Shown one piece after another: positions 39,392 to 52,100 of a stretch of DNA of 64,000 nucleotides. Origin of the DNA: Ascidiella aspersa (lineage: Eukaryota); contig OZ004611.1 of assembly GCA_963924565.1 (NCBI GenBank), forward strand, positions 21,576,001 to 21,640,000. The letters run 5' to 3'. Position 1 is the stretch's first letter. Each line of letters begins with the position of its first letter. Below the pieces are notes generated by a model, which worked only from the letters and a program-made list of their open reading frames with translations, searched no databases and was not told the DNA's origin. A program made the translations under genes and the position numbers.

Positions 39392-39452
39392 CTTTAGTCA
39401 AATATCTAGTTAAGGAGGACAAAATAAAGATGCAGTTAAAGTAAACCTAAAC

Positions 39453-39943
39453 CAGGGTAACCTTTTAGCTAAAGAGCCATATAAGCCAAATATTCTTGGT
39501 TGTATTTCCATGAGAGCGATAAAATACTTTTTTAACATTTCGTTATAGGTTGGCACAAAATAGTAAATTGAGCAGGGCCGTTTATTTTGTTCTCATTTGA
39601 AGGACAGAACATGCTAAGAAATGAATTAGCTAAGTTTGCACAACTTTGAATAGGGAGTTCCGTTAAAATAATAGAACCTTTTGGATATTAAGAGATTCCT
39701 TTAAACGGAAGAGTAGTCTCGAAAAACAAATAGGATTCGCGCTAAGCGCCGAAAAATTGCTATGTTAAAAACAGGAAAAATAAAGTTAGGAAAGCGGTCG
39801 TGGCCACGTGGAGTTTTATTTAAAATCATGCTTGAAAATGATAGCTTAGATTTTTCGGCAGGCAAGATTCGTTCATCAAAAGAGCCATATGGCGTTACAA
39901 AAGAGCCATATATGGCTCGCGAGCCATAGGTTTCCGACCCCTG
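39453..39943. mobile_element. hAT-like MITE with GAGCCATAT subterminal repeats
   Basis: CAGGG...GACCCCTG ends and repeated AAAGAGCCATAT. TSD not recovered. Confidence 0.55.
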
Positions 39944-40041
39944 AGTCCTTTAACCAACATTGAAATAAAAAAAATGTCTTTAAGGTAAACTTGTTGCATC
40001 CAACCCTTATTCAAGGTTGAGGCAAGTTAATTCGTTATAGC

Positions 40042-40828
40042 CAGGGTTACCATGCCGTGCTTATTTCTAAGATCTGTGCTTATTTTTGGGCGCAGTGTCT
40101 TAGAAAACGCAAATGTGCTTATTTCTAACAAACGTGCTTATTTTAGAGTTGTGTGCTTAGTTTGTCTTATTTTAGTTTCTAAAAGCGTTCTTTATCAATT
40201 TTTTATTTATATTTACCAAGTTATTTAACCCAGATTATAACAGTAATCCATTAAATTACATAATAACAATGGATTGTGGTTGTTTATTCCAAATCTAAAA
40301 AGTACATTGTAGCCTATAGAAGTGTGGTAGGTTGCTTTAGCAATCAAGTAAACTTTCGGCTTGACGTGAGGACTGGCTTTTTTGTGTCAGTACAGACAAA
40401 ATGCTAGATCAGCCCAGAGGCTATGGAAAACACAATGTTACTACAAAAAAATTGCTAGATGCATTACAGTAAATCATTTAATGAATAATTTTATTACAAG
40501 CATAACTCCGCCAAGTGAACCAAATTTAACTACCAGGCAGGGTCAGAATTAGGCGTTTCATGCTGCCATGCACCATGACGCGAAAAAATTGACAAAGCTT
40601 GCATTAAATGAGCGTGGTTAACTTGCCAATTTCAACCTAATAAATGCATTTTTTGCGCTTCGCGCGATTAAGCTCCGTTTTGCACATACAAAAATAGCTG
40701 TTTTTCAAGTTTTTATTTTATTTTATAATGTTATTTCTGAAACCTTGGATTTCACCTCCGGAGTCCTGGATCTGTTCCTGATCTTTACTAGCGTGCTTAT
40801 TTTTTGGTCTGAGCAGATGGTAACCCTG
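40042..40828. mobile_element. hAT-type MITE (CAGGGTTACCA TIR)
   Basis: CAGGGTTACCAT...ATGGTAACCCTG with an exact 8-bp TSD GTTATAGC. GTGCTTAT subterminal repeats. Confidence 0.9.
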
Positions 40829-41248
40829 GTTATAGCTGATTCGGTCTGTCAAGTAACGTTGTATTTGAAGCAATTTCCTGCTGCAAATCTTTTTTGCAGA
40901 CGCGCATAAACGTAGGCTAAGTGGAACATATTGACCTAAAAAACGCGACGTGTGCGGATGCAAGGCTACACGACGATATTTGTTGTCGACAACTCAAATA
41001 TCAGAGAGATTATTTATTCCTTGTCAGTTACATATCATGACTTGATACAAATGTTTAGGCAAATGCGGTTTACTTGATAAGGATTTCAATTTAGGAATTG
41101 ACTGACAAGACAGAAACCCTTTCTTTTTTTGTCGCTTAGAAATCTACGTGAACGATGACTTGGTTTGGAGCATCGTAAACCTTTTGTAATGCGCATTTGT
41201 AAATTTACAGGATTAGGTTAAAACAGTTAAATTAAATAGGACCACATC

Positions 41249-44200
41249 ATGAGTGAACAGAAGAGCGAAACAAGCCGTAGGTTCGAAATAAAGAAAGAAA
41301 TTGGATTGTGGGGCGCTGTGTCGCTCTCCACAGGGGCAATAGTTGGAATTGGGATCTTTATGTCTCCCGTTGCAGTTCTAAGACTCGTTGAAGGCAGCGT
41401 CGGTGCCAGCCTAATTGTTTGGATCTCTTCGGGCCTGTTCTGTTTCCTTTCTGCTTTGTGCTACTGCGAATTGGGAACTACCTTCAGAGCTTCGGGAAAC
41501 GATTACAACAACTTTCAGCTGGCCTACGGGCCAGTGATAGCTTTTATTTATCTTTGGAAAGCATTCCTCGTACATCCATTTAACGCGGCTTCTCTTAAAA
41601 CGTTTTCAAGGCACTTGTTGGTCTTGTTTTATTCTTGCGAACCACCGAATGCAGCAGTTCTGGTGATTTCAGTTCTGCTTTTGTTTGTTCTAGGGTTTTC
41701 GAACTGCAGAAGCGCGAAGACTTCTGTCTTAACAGAAATCGTTTTGTCCGGAGCCAAGTTCTTGGCCATGCTTGTCATTGGACTTGTGGGCATCGTATAC
41801 TTGATACAAGGCTACCCAGTAGGAATCAGCAACTTCACAGAGGCTTTTAACGCAGAGCAAATCTCGAAGATCACTTTTCTGTCAGTCGTGAAGGCTTTCT
41901 ACCAAGGGACCTTTCCGTATACCGGCTACAGTATTTTGAATAGCGTAACGGAGGAAATTATAGACGTGAAAAAAACTCTGCCCAGAGCCACTACGATTTC
42001 AATGCTCTCGGTCATTACAATTTACCTCGTGGTAAACATTGGATATTTTTCAGGTGATGACTGCAGTTTGTAGTGTTTAGGAGTTTACAATGGACAACAT
42101 GCTAAAGCATTCGCATGCTATAGCATTCACGAAGGGTCACCCCTGGACCATTTCCTGGTCGCCGAACCAGCATTAAGACTAAATTTGCAATTCGTAAATC
42201 TAAAACGCTTTGAGGTTTTCTTTTAAAAAAGTATTTGTGTGCGACCATTTAGAACTATAAAATGGGTCTTTTGGTGTGTGTTCCAATTTACCTATCTCTT
42301 TACAGTGCTATCGCCCCAGGAAATGCTGTCAAGTCCAACGGTGGGAACTGCATTTGCCAATAAGGTTCTGGGATCCTTCGCCTGGTTCATTCCATTCGCG
42401 GTTTGCTTATCTACGGCTGGAAACCTAAACGGAAACTTTTACTCGGAATCACGTTTGCCATTCGCCGGTGCTAGGGTTGGATATATGCCAAAGGTAAAGT
42501 CTTCTTTTAGTAAATAAAATGTTAGTATCCTGTAAAATGCGTTAAACGTACGCGTTATAACTGAAATAAAGAAATCCAATCATGTATGCATTATACTTTT
42601 TCCTTATTTTTTTTGTTTTGTTGATTCGTGTTTTTAGCAGCTGTTAATTTATATCATTCCATCCATCCGGCAGGGGCATATCCAGGATTCTTGTTTAGGT
42701 TAAAGGATTTTTTAGAGATGACATCAAAAAGCTACGTCATTACTACCATTTGTGTTAAAACTCAACGTCACAAAAACGGAACCTTGGGAACACCATACAG
42801 TTCGTTTAAATTTTCAACTTTAGGTTGGAGAGGTTCTATTTAGGCTACAATACAAAAGCCACTTTACGAAGATTTATTGAACAGCACAAAGCGCAAAACG
42901 CCTTTAAATCGCATTTCAAAGGATTCGGTGACGTTAACGGCGCTTTTGGCCTTAATCTATTTTAATATAAAGGCAAGAACACAAATTGGATTTTCATTTT
43001 CGTGGTTAATTAAGTAGGCAAGAATACAGTTTGGGGGAAAGGACATGCATGGCACTGTATCCACCCCTGTTCCCAGTATAAAATATTCAGCTTTAATTAG
43101 TCAAGTAAAGTTTGGATTAAGTTCAGTAATTTTTCTATAATAACATATAATTTAGTCCGCTTAACTTAAAAAAACATTTAGGGAAAGGCAGGCTTCTGTT
43201 ATATGGGCGTTTGGCGTAAAACGCTAGCGTCGGCCAGTATGCACACATTGCATGGGGATATACGTTAAGCAAATTTTCTCCCTCCTATAGAATTAAACCT
43301 AAGGCCTAGAAATTTAAATATGCACACGGCCTTCGCGTCTTGTTGACCATGTGTGTCATTCCCTGATGAAGGCTTTCTGAAAACCGAAAAATTGAATAAA
43401 CAAATATATATCAGAATAATTTATTTTTAATATCTATGCCTGGTAGCAACATCATACTTATTAACTTCTTATTGTCGCCAAACTACTACAAAATGCAACA
43501 TCTGTACCTATTTTGTTAAGATTCTGGCGATGCTCCACATAAAGCACATGACCCCAACTCCTACTATTATCGCTAGCTGTTCGGCGATTCTGTTTTATCT
43601 TTTTCTGGGCGACTATTCGACGCTGGTGGACGCGTTTGGCTTTATGGCGTGGACATTATATGGCTTAAGTGCCGGAAGTTTGATTATTTTAAGATGGAAG
43701 ATGCCTGACCTTCCAAGGCCGTACAAGGTTGTACTTCATGAAATTACTTTTGCTTGATGTATTTTGATTAACGAAAGTCAGCAATAAGGCGGAAATACCG
43801 CAATGGGATTAATACCTAATAGTCAAAATAAGGTCCAAATTGGAAAAAGACCTAAACCCGTCCCCGTCAGTGTAAGACCTAACGCCAAAAGTAAAATCTA
43901 AAAATATTTTACCCCAAACCCTACCCCTAATTTCCTCACGAATTTCACCAATGATTTTAACCGTAAACCACATTTTAAGCCCATTATCCACCTTTAACCA
44001 ACACCAATTGGGCAAGCAGTTCGGTGCTAAAGCTACAGTTTTGGGCTTTCTTTGTCGTAGATATTTACTGTGGACTGAATTTTCTTATGTGTTAAAGTAA
44101 TACTATTATGTTATTTAGATTATTTTATTGGTATTCCTGTTCACGAGATGATTAAATTAGAATTTCAGAAACACCTAATTTGACAAAATAAAATTAGTCC

Positions 44201-44504
44201 GAACTGAAAATAAAATTTAAGACTTTTTTAATTTTATTTTCAGGTACCCATCGTAGTTCCAATTTTTGTCGTTCTGGTATCGTTCAGTTTCGTCATTTTT
44301 TCGCTCGTCCAGAAACCGACTTTTCTCTATTTCGGAGCAATCGGATTCTACGTGGTGGCTGCCATCGGTTATTACGTGTTTATCGTCAAGAAAGTGCGTT
44401 CCAATAACGACACAACCGCTACTGTATTTCTACAAAAATTGTTGCAAGTTTGCGAAACTGATTGGTCGGGTTTCGACTATCAGGCACGAGACGAAAATCG
44501 GTAG
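41249..44504 (+). CDS. SLC7 L-type/heteromeric amino acid transporter light chain (LAT / b(0,+)AT-like), copy A, 4 coding exons, 486 aa
   Basis: Exons 41249-42053, 42306-42493, 43521-43727, 44244-44504. All GT-AG and in phase (1461 nt), with no stops. Motifs: KKEIGLWGAVS, IVGIGIFMSP, LCYCELGT, FYSCEPP (heavy-chain Cys), FPYTGY..LNSVTEE, SRL.FAGAR.GYMP, TPTP, LRWKMPDLPRPYKVP, QKLLQV. Exact orthologue not assignable. Confidence 0.9.
42671..43069. mobile_element. MITE with CAGGGGC..ATCCAG termini (PIF/Harbinger-like)
   Basis: CAGGGGCATATCCAG...CTGTATCCACCCCTG. Similar right ends lie at about 22851-22865 and 52145-52159. Superfamily is inferred. Confidence 0.55.
43355..43400 (+). ncRNA. Degenerate minimal hammerhead ribozyme motif (Penelope-like LTR remnant?)
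   Basis: CTGATGA (43363)-A-GGcTTT-ctg-AAAaCC-GAAA (43386), followed by AATAAA. Stem III and the cleavage site are degraded. Confidence 0.35.
43780..44090. mobile_element. Degenerate copy of the foldback-like family in SLC7 copy A intron 3
   Basis: AATAAGG/AAGACCTAA arm units followed by ACCCCAAACCCTACCCCTAA and a CGGTGC core remnant, as at 23985-24691. Confidence 0.45.
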
Positions 44505-45290
44505 GAGGAAAGAAGCAAAAGTAAAACTTGAGCGAAAATAAGATGAACGAATTCCATTCCTTAAAATGCATCGGGGAATAAACATTAGTACGGATAAAGA
44601 GGGATTATAACGTTATATCGCCTTTACGATGAAGTCTGAACTATAAGCGTATCATTTTCGCTTTATTTCGATTTGCGAACAAAATTATATTTGTGCTAAG
44701 CCTAAGACAACACAAAATTTTGTTAAGGGAACTGAGAATTCGCCAAAAATAAAATGGACATTATTACACGATTTTGGGCAAGCAGGTGTATAACAAATGG
44801 GCAACTGGATATAAAACAACTATGAAGTAAATAAATTCAATCGCATCCCATATATAGTTTTTATTTGTTGCTTCTACAACCACATATGAATAACATCCTT
44901 TGTGTAGCTCACAGAGCTCTTCTATCCAAAGCTGAATCACTTTGTCGCTACGTGTAGCAATATAAATAGACCACATATCCAATTTGTTTAGACGTAATAA
45001 TAGTTTTTCTCTTTCATTTTTTCTCGCGTATATATATTGTTTGTGTTTTTTGCCTTTTGTGGACATAATCAATAAACCTGCTTATTAAGGCGACCAGGTT
45101 AAATAGTTATTACGTCGGAGAAAAACACAAAGACCATAAGAGATGTTCTGGTTGTCTCATACTATTCGTTGAGAATTAACTGGCGTTGGGCTGTAGTGTT
45201 GGAATAGTTTTGTCGTTAGGCATACTTGCTACTCGCTAGAGCAGTGCTTTCCAACCAATCGGTGGCGAAGCTTTTTCAGGCCCTACAGGG

Positions 45291-45899
45291 CAGGGGTCCG
45301 AGGTCTCGCGACCCAAATACTTCCAGTTGTTTTTAATGCGATTGCTTTGCTAAAAAACACAGTAATTTATTGTGTTTCTATTCATTAAGACAGATCTATA
45401 TGTTAAGCGTTTTTAAAGAGAAAGGGTTCTGTAACACAACTGAAAAGAAGTCTTGAGTTTTACTACTTTTGATGTCTCATTCGGATAACAAATATGATTT
45501 AGCAACCAATATGGGCCCCCCCAGAAACGGGATAAAAAATGAAAGAGAGTTTTTTTAAAAACCTATACCAAGAAGTAAACCCAGATTGCGGTAAGCAGAT
45601 CAGTTTGGTTGGTAATGGTCAAAATAGTGTTGGATTGCAAGCGCTCTTTGCCATCACCTGGATCGAACGAACACTCACGACTTTTTACGGGGCTTAGTGT
45701 ATATATTTCGGGTGACAATTTTAGTCGCGCTCAAAGTAAGACGGCTCTCTTGTATACAATTCAGTGTACTATGGAAACAATTAGAAAACTTAAAATATAG
45801 GCCTCTATTAACAAGCACAAAATATAGGGCTTTCGCGACCCAAACTAAATGGTCCCGCGACCCAAATTGGGGTCGCAGCCCCGTATTTGTGGACCCCTG
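45291..45899. mobile_element. hAT (Charlie-like) MITE
   Basis: CAGGGGTCC...GGACCCCTG with CGCGACCC subterminal repeats. TSD CTACAGGG/CTATAGGG (1 mismatch). Confidence 0.8.
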
Positions 45900-46221
45900 C
45901 TATAGGGTACTGTAATTTATAATTGTTGTTTTATTGACTTGTTATACTGCGGTTCACGAAATGTCCGATAACATCTAATCGAATATACCCGACAACAAGA
46001 GTTTGCATAGGTATTCCTCGTACGATATAATGGTATTAGTATCGGTTCCCATCCGATGTCTATTTAATTGAATTTTCTACCTGCAAAATCATAACTAGTG
46101 CTTGTTTAATTAACTATTGGCTATTTTCTTACGCAAGCGCTTTACTTTTGACGTTTATTTAAATATAAATCAAAGTTACAGATTGAAAAAAATTGGCATT
46201 TCTCCTTTACTTTTTTTGCAG

Positions 46222-46440
46222 GTGCCAATAGTTGTTCCAATACTCGTGGTTCTGGTATCGTTCAGTTTCGCTCGTCCAAAAACCGACCTTCATCTATCAT
46301 CATAGCTGCCATCGGCTTTTATAAATACGTGTTTATCATCAAGAAAGTGGGTTGCTATAGCGACAAGACCACAAATGATTTTCTTCCAAAAATTGCTGCA
46401 AGTCTGCGAAACCGACTGGTCGGGTTTCGACTATCAAACA
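46222..46440 (+). pseudogene. Orphan, frameshifted duplicate of the SLC7 terminal exon
   Basis: Intact acceptor (TTTTTTGCAG|GTGCCAATAGTTGTT). Aligns to exon 4 of copies A and C, with an 11-nt deletion after SFSF and further indels. No matching exons 1-3 lie between 44504 and 46222. Confidence 0.8.
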
Positions 46441-49167
46441 AATCAAGAAGAAAGGAACGAAAAGAAAATCAAGCTAAAAAGCGAACAGATCAAAGAAACA
46501 TACAAAAAACAACAAAAATACCAATAGTGTTGATTGTAAAGCGTTTCTATTCATATTTTTGTTTCGATATGTAAAAATTAAAAAAAAAAACCAAAAAACT
46601 AATGTCTTCGTGAACACTTCACAGAATACGACTTCTAACAAATTATAGTATTTTTTCCTGTTTGAGCAAATCAGTAACACTTGCAAAATGGACATTGTAC
46701 ACTCTACAGAATCGAAAAAAACTTCTTTGAAAAACAAAACAACTTTGGAAACAAAATAGAAACAATGTATGTGTTTTTTTGCCCTTCGTGCAATCTTTTG
46801 ATCGGACTTAGTTGCAGTAAGTCAGCTGTGCAGTCAAGAGTATAAATCTTTTTATGTGGCCAATGCGTCTAGTCTGCTTCTGAGGCAAAAGTTGTTCCAA
46901 GTGACACCAATAAACGCAATTTGTTTGAAATGCAATTGTAATTTGCACAGCAGATCGTTCGTAAGAACAGCACACGTCATAACTTTACTTAATTATTTGT
47001 AAATATTGAAAAAAAAACATTTAACTTGCTCAAATGCCAAAAATTTACATCAAAATGTAATTCTGTTAGAAAGATCAGAATGAAAACGCTAAATGCAAAA
47101 CAGAGTACATACTGCCATTGTTCACTGTCTTTTAGACTAGATTAGAGGACTATTAATTTTTCTCTCGAAACGAGGAAAACACTCTTCAAATAATAGGACA
47201 TATGGTATAGCCTTATTATAACTTATAATGCCAAATTTTGACATAGATAGGAAACAAAGTTTAACATTTTTCCATTTTTGTCGTCAAACTGCGACGCTAT
47301 CAGACTAGTAAGATAAAGAACCTGTTATTACCTTATATGAGTTGTGCGCAAATGTGCAACAGAAGTAAAAAAAAACGGCTATTTATAGTTGATAATAGTA
47401 AACTTAAAATAAGATATATAGTGGAAGGTGACACATTGAGCACAGATAAAATATGTGTACATTGTTGGAAATAATGGCATTTATTAAGTTCTGATAGCAT
47501 TGACCCAAAAGGTAAACGTTAAAATACGTAATAAAAATTCGAAAGGCTAATTTGATAAACTTTTGTTTGAGAAAGTGCCACAATGCAGAGAGACGTATTT
47601 TGTCTGTAAATGTCAAAAAAGCGTGGAACATATGACGAAAAGATTTCGCGCGAACCTTTAGTCTACAAAAAAAAGATTTCGAAAAGAGATTCGCGCGAAC
47701 CTTTAGTCTACAAAACAGGCTTAAAGTAGAGTTTAGTTGGGTCATGACTAGATCAGTCTCTAAAAGAAGTGTATTCCAGTGGTTTTAAAACTTATTAGAT
47801 CTTATAAAGATATGAACACCAAAGTACTTCAAACATTATGCAGACCAAAAAACATTCCTAAACCTACACTGCAAACCAGCAATTTAGATCCTCTCTGACA
47901 TATCTCCGACAGAAGACAGAACACGCTTACCCCGGATATTTGCTTTTTTGATGGATGTGCCGATCAAGCATTTTTAGCATCCGTTATCTTACGCCCTCAT
48001 CTACCGCGAACTAATATACATAATTGTTATTTATTAGAGTGGAAATATTCGTATGTGGTATTTTATTCGACTCTGCCATCGCCCATTGTACAGAAAAACT
48101 ATCTAAAGCTAGTTGTGGAAATAGGAAAGCTTTTATTAAATTTAACGCGAAGACCCTGTAAACCGTTTCTATATATTTTTCTTGATTGGTGCTTGTTTTG
48201 TCTACCGCTCTAGTCAGCCGTCATGTTTATTTTGGCGTTGCTTTAGTTTGCATTGGCTATTATTAATTTAAAATGCGCAAAAACATTAGTTGTTACAGAA
48301 GTAAATTTTCCGAAAGTTATAAGCCATGTTTTGCATATAGGTACCATGCGGCGGTGGGCTATGTTTTAATAACACCGGTCGACGCAGTACAATAAACAAC
48401 TTTCTGGATTTTTTCCTCGAAGCAAATTTTAAAGATAACGTTTCTGTCTTCTGTAATCTGTAATGCATGTTGCCAGCGGATTATGTCTTATACGGGCTTG
48501 AGCATTTTCAATATCGTTTCGGTTGGAATAGCAGAAAATAAAGTCTTGTTGAGTTCGGTGAATGCCATTTATGAGATGCTAATTAACATTGCATATTTTA
48601 TGAGGAGTGATTTTTGAGCAATATCTTTCATGAAAAAATTAGGTTGGTGCTACAACCAATTAAGAAAAAGATTACGAGAGGAAGTATATTACATATTAAA
48701 ATCGGCTATATCCAAAAACATATTTTCTGTGTTGACAAAGTTCAAGTTCACATTCTGTAAAGTTTTACATTTTAACTTAATCAACTTCATTTTGAGTTTT
48801 CGGTACTAATCATTAAAAAAAAGAAAGATGTGGTTTTATTTTGAAGTGGAACTTCTTGGGCCCACAAAACAATGAAAGTATAGTTTTATTACAGTTAAAT
48901 ATTTTCGACTTCGGATTCCTCTTGCTCGAAATAGATCGACCGAAGCCCAACTATTTAAAATTACAACAATCTTGTATTGGTTAGGTATAACAAAGCTGCG
49001 TTTTTCGCATTGTCTTGATCTGCTCTATTTATCTAGCACATCCTACAAGCGAGTATGTCATAAAAAGCTTTCATGTAGACCCCTGTTTTACATGTAATTA
49101 AGTGATATTGTAAACTGCATTTCAGACGTATTAGGTTAATGTTATTTGCTAAAAAATTGCCTAAAGA

Positions 49168-52100
49168 ATGGCAGACACCAGAAGTAACATAGACAGTAGG
49201 TTTGAAATGAAGAAAGATTGGATTTGTAGGGGCGCTGTATCATTATGCACAGGGTCAATAGTTGTAACGGGAATTTTTATGTCTCCCGTGGCAGTTCTAA
49301 GCCTCATGGAAGGCAGTGTCGGCCTTAGTTTAATCGTGTGGATCGCTTGTGGCTTGTTTTGAGTCCTGCCTGGGTTATGTTACTGCGAATTGGGAACTAC
49401 ATTTAGAGCTTCCGGTGGTGATTACAACAACTTTAAACTGGCTTACGGCCCCGTGATAGCCTTCATTCATCTCTAGAAAGCTTTCCTAATACATCCGTTC
49501 AACGCGACTACCCTGAAAACTTTTTCAAGGCACTTTTTATCTTTGGTTTATGCCTGTGAACCTCCCAAATCGACCGTTCAGATGGTTTCTGTGCTGATTT
49601 TTTCGGTATTGGCGTTTACGAACAGCATAAGTGCCAATAAATCTGTCCTAACTGAAATCGTACTGTCCGGAGGCAAGTTTTTAGCCATGTTTTTCATCGG
49701 AACAGTGGGCAACTGGGCATTGTATTCTTGATTCAAGGCAATCCAGTAGGAATAAACAACTTTCCTGAAGCTTTAAATTTAAATCAAATCTCAAGTATAA
49801 CGTTTCTGTCAGTAGTAAAGACTTTCTACCAAGGGACTTTCCCTTATACGGGTTGGAACGTTTTAAATTGTGTCACAGAGGAAATTAAAGCCGTAAAGAA
49901 AACATTACCAATAGCAACTACAATCTCTATGTTTTCGGTTATTGCCATTTATTTGGTTGTCAACGTTGGATACTTTTCAGGTAAAGGTTACCGTGAACTA
50001 ATTAAAATGTCACGCCATATCTGTTTGATTATTTACAACCAAACATTTGTAAACTAGTAAACTAAACTATACGGAAGCACAATCAAGAATTAATATATAT
50101 TTTGTTGTTTATATTGGGTTTTAATTGAAAATTAAAAATTAGTGTTGATACATGTTTCACTTTACAATTTATTTAAAAAAAGTACAACCTTTCCTAGTCG
50201 CAAGCCAAAACCAAACCCCTTGCGGGTCGTAAAAGGTTTCTATTAACATACATGAAAAAAACGTGTGGCTTTAAAACGTTGTTATAACATTTCTATCAAT
50301 CAGCAAGGGATTTCCTGGATTTTAAGGCAAATAAAAATGTCTTAACTGAAGAGGTCAGCAGCGCACGTACCGCAAACAATTGCCTTTGTTTAGTTTAAAA
50401 CTTAATTAGAAGGAGACGTGACGCTTTGGTCAAATAGAAAGATGCACATATAGCTTATACTCTCGTTTTAATATGTTTTCAGTAAATGATGAAAAGCATC
50501 CATGAAAAAAATGATTTATTTGTCTTTCATTTTTGTTTTTTCTTTACCAAAAACTATGAGCTCGGCCTCGTATCCTATAGTTGCTAAAGAAGTTTCGGCG
50601 CGGATGAACTACATTGGCGAGCCAAAGAATCCCGACCACTGATTTAGTCTAAATACATAATTGTGACTCAAACAATTGACTTTAGATTCGAGTTTTGAAA
50701 ACGAAAATTTGTAATTTAGCAATCAAAACATTATCCCAATCTCTTTACAGTGCTATCGCCCCAGGAAATGCTCTCAAGTCCAACGGTGGGAACTGCATTT
50801 GCCAATAAGGTTCTGGGATCGTTCGCCCGGTTCATTCCATTCGCGGTTTGCTTATCGACAGTTGGAAACTTGAACGGGAGTTTTTACTCGAGTTCACGTT
50901 TGCCATTCGTCGGTGCAAGGGCCGGGTATATGCCAAAGGTGGTAATACACTTGTTAATTTAAATGATGTTTTTTCGTTAAATTTAAACAGAACTTGACGG
51001 TTTAGCAAGATTATTCTTCCATAGCCATTTACCTTTTAAATGCTTATGTCTGACTGAATCAGCTACCGGTACGTAAGATTTTTAGCTTGGCAGACGTGGA
51101 TTAGAAAAACTTATTTAGGTGGTAAGCAAGTTTTAATAAATTCTGCAGTTTTGCAATAGATTTAAAATCATGTGCAACTTTTTTCCTTAAAATTTAGCTG
51201 GGTTTGTTCTATTTTTTGCACGGGTTGAGCTATAATCTCGATTTGATACTTGTGATTGTAGCACATTGAACTAACTCACAGATTCACTCATTTTGCAAAA
51301 ATTCTATCAATGCTCCACGTGAAGTGTAGGACCCCGACCCCAACTATCATCGCAAGCTGTTCTGCCATTCTCTTCTATCTTTTCATGGGCGGCTACTCGA
51401 TGCTGGTGGACGCTTTTGGCTTTATGACGTGGACGGAATATGGCCTAAGTGCTGGAAGTTTGATTTTTCTCAGATGGAAAATGCCCGATCTTCCACGTCC
51501 GTATAAGGTGTAGGGCCGCTTTTTATGTTGTTTTATATAAACTGGTTTTATAGAAGTTCTTGGGATGTTCGATAATACCGAAGGATCGTATTGGAAAAAC
51601 ATTTGCGTTTCGTACTTTATCTATAGCAGGGGTGTCCAACCTTTTAGCTCTTGACGGCCGCATTGACAGTCTTATTTTCCTCACGGCCGCAAGTTAAATT
51701 TTTATACGGATGACTCAAAAAGTTGTCAAATCGTAACGGCATAACATAATTAATCTTAAAAAGAGGTTTTGTTGTCTAACGAACTCGTGGAAAAAATATG
51801 GAACCTAAATGCAGATTAATCGCGCGAAGCGCGATAAAAATGCGTTTATTTGGTTTAGATTTGGCAAAACTTTTAATTCAATCGAAATGGGCTTAGGCAC
51901 ATAAAATAGTCGCATATTGTTATAAACACAAGCATTTATGTAAGAATTGGATTTTATTAGTAATGCGGCGCAATATGCCATGATATAAGTATAGCACTTT
52001 TGATTTTAACGGATTTACTTCAAAGGGACTAAAATACAATAAAACAGATCAAAGTGCGAAAAAACGCAAAAGTGCGAAAAAAGTGTGTTTGCGTTGAAAT

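Noticed and set aside
49360-49362. In-frame TGA at a Cys position (selenocysteine?)
   Set aside because: The same copy also has a TAG, a frameshift and a dead splice acceptor, so pseudogenisation is the simpler explanation.
50345-50385. CTGAAGA..GGT/ACC..GCAAA hammerhead-like string
   Set aside because: The GAAA box is interrupted, there is no UH site and stem I is absent.
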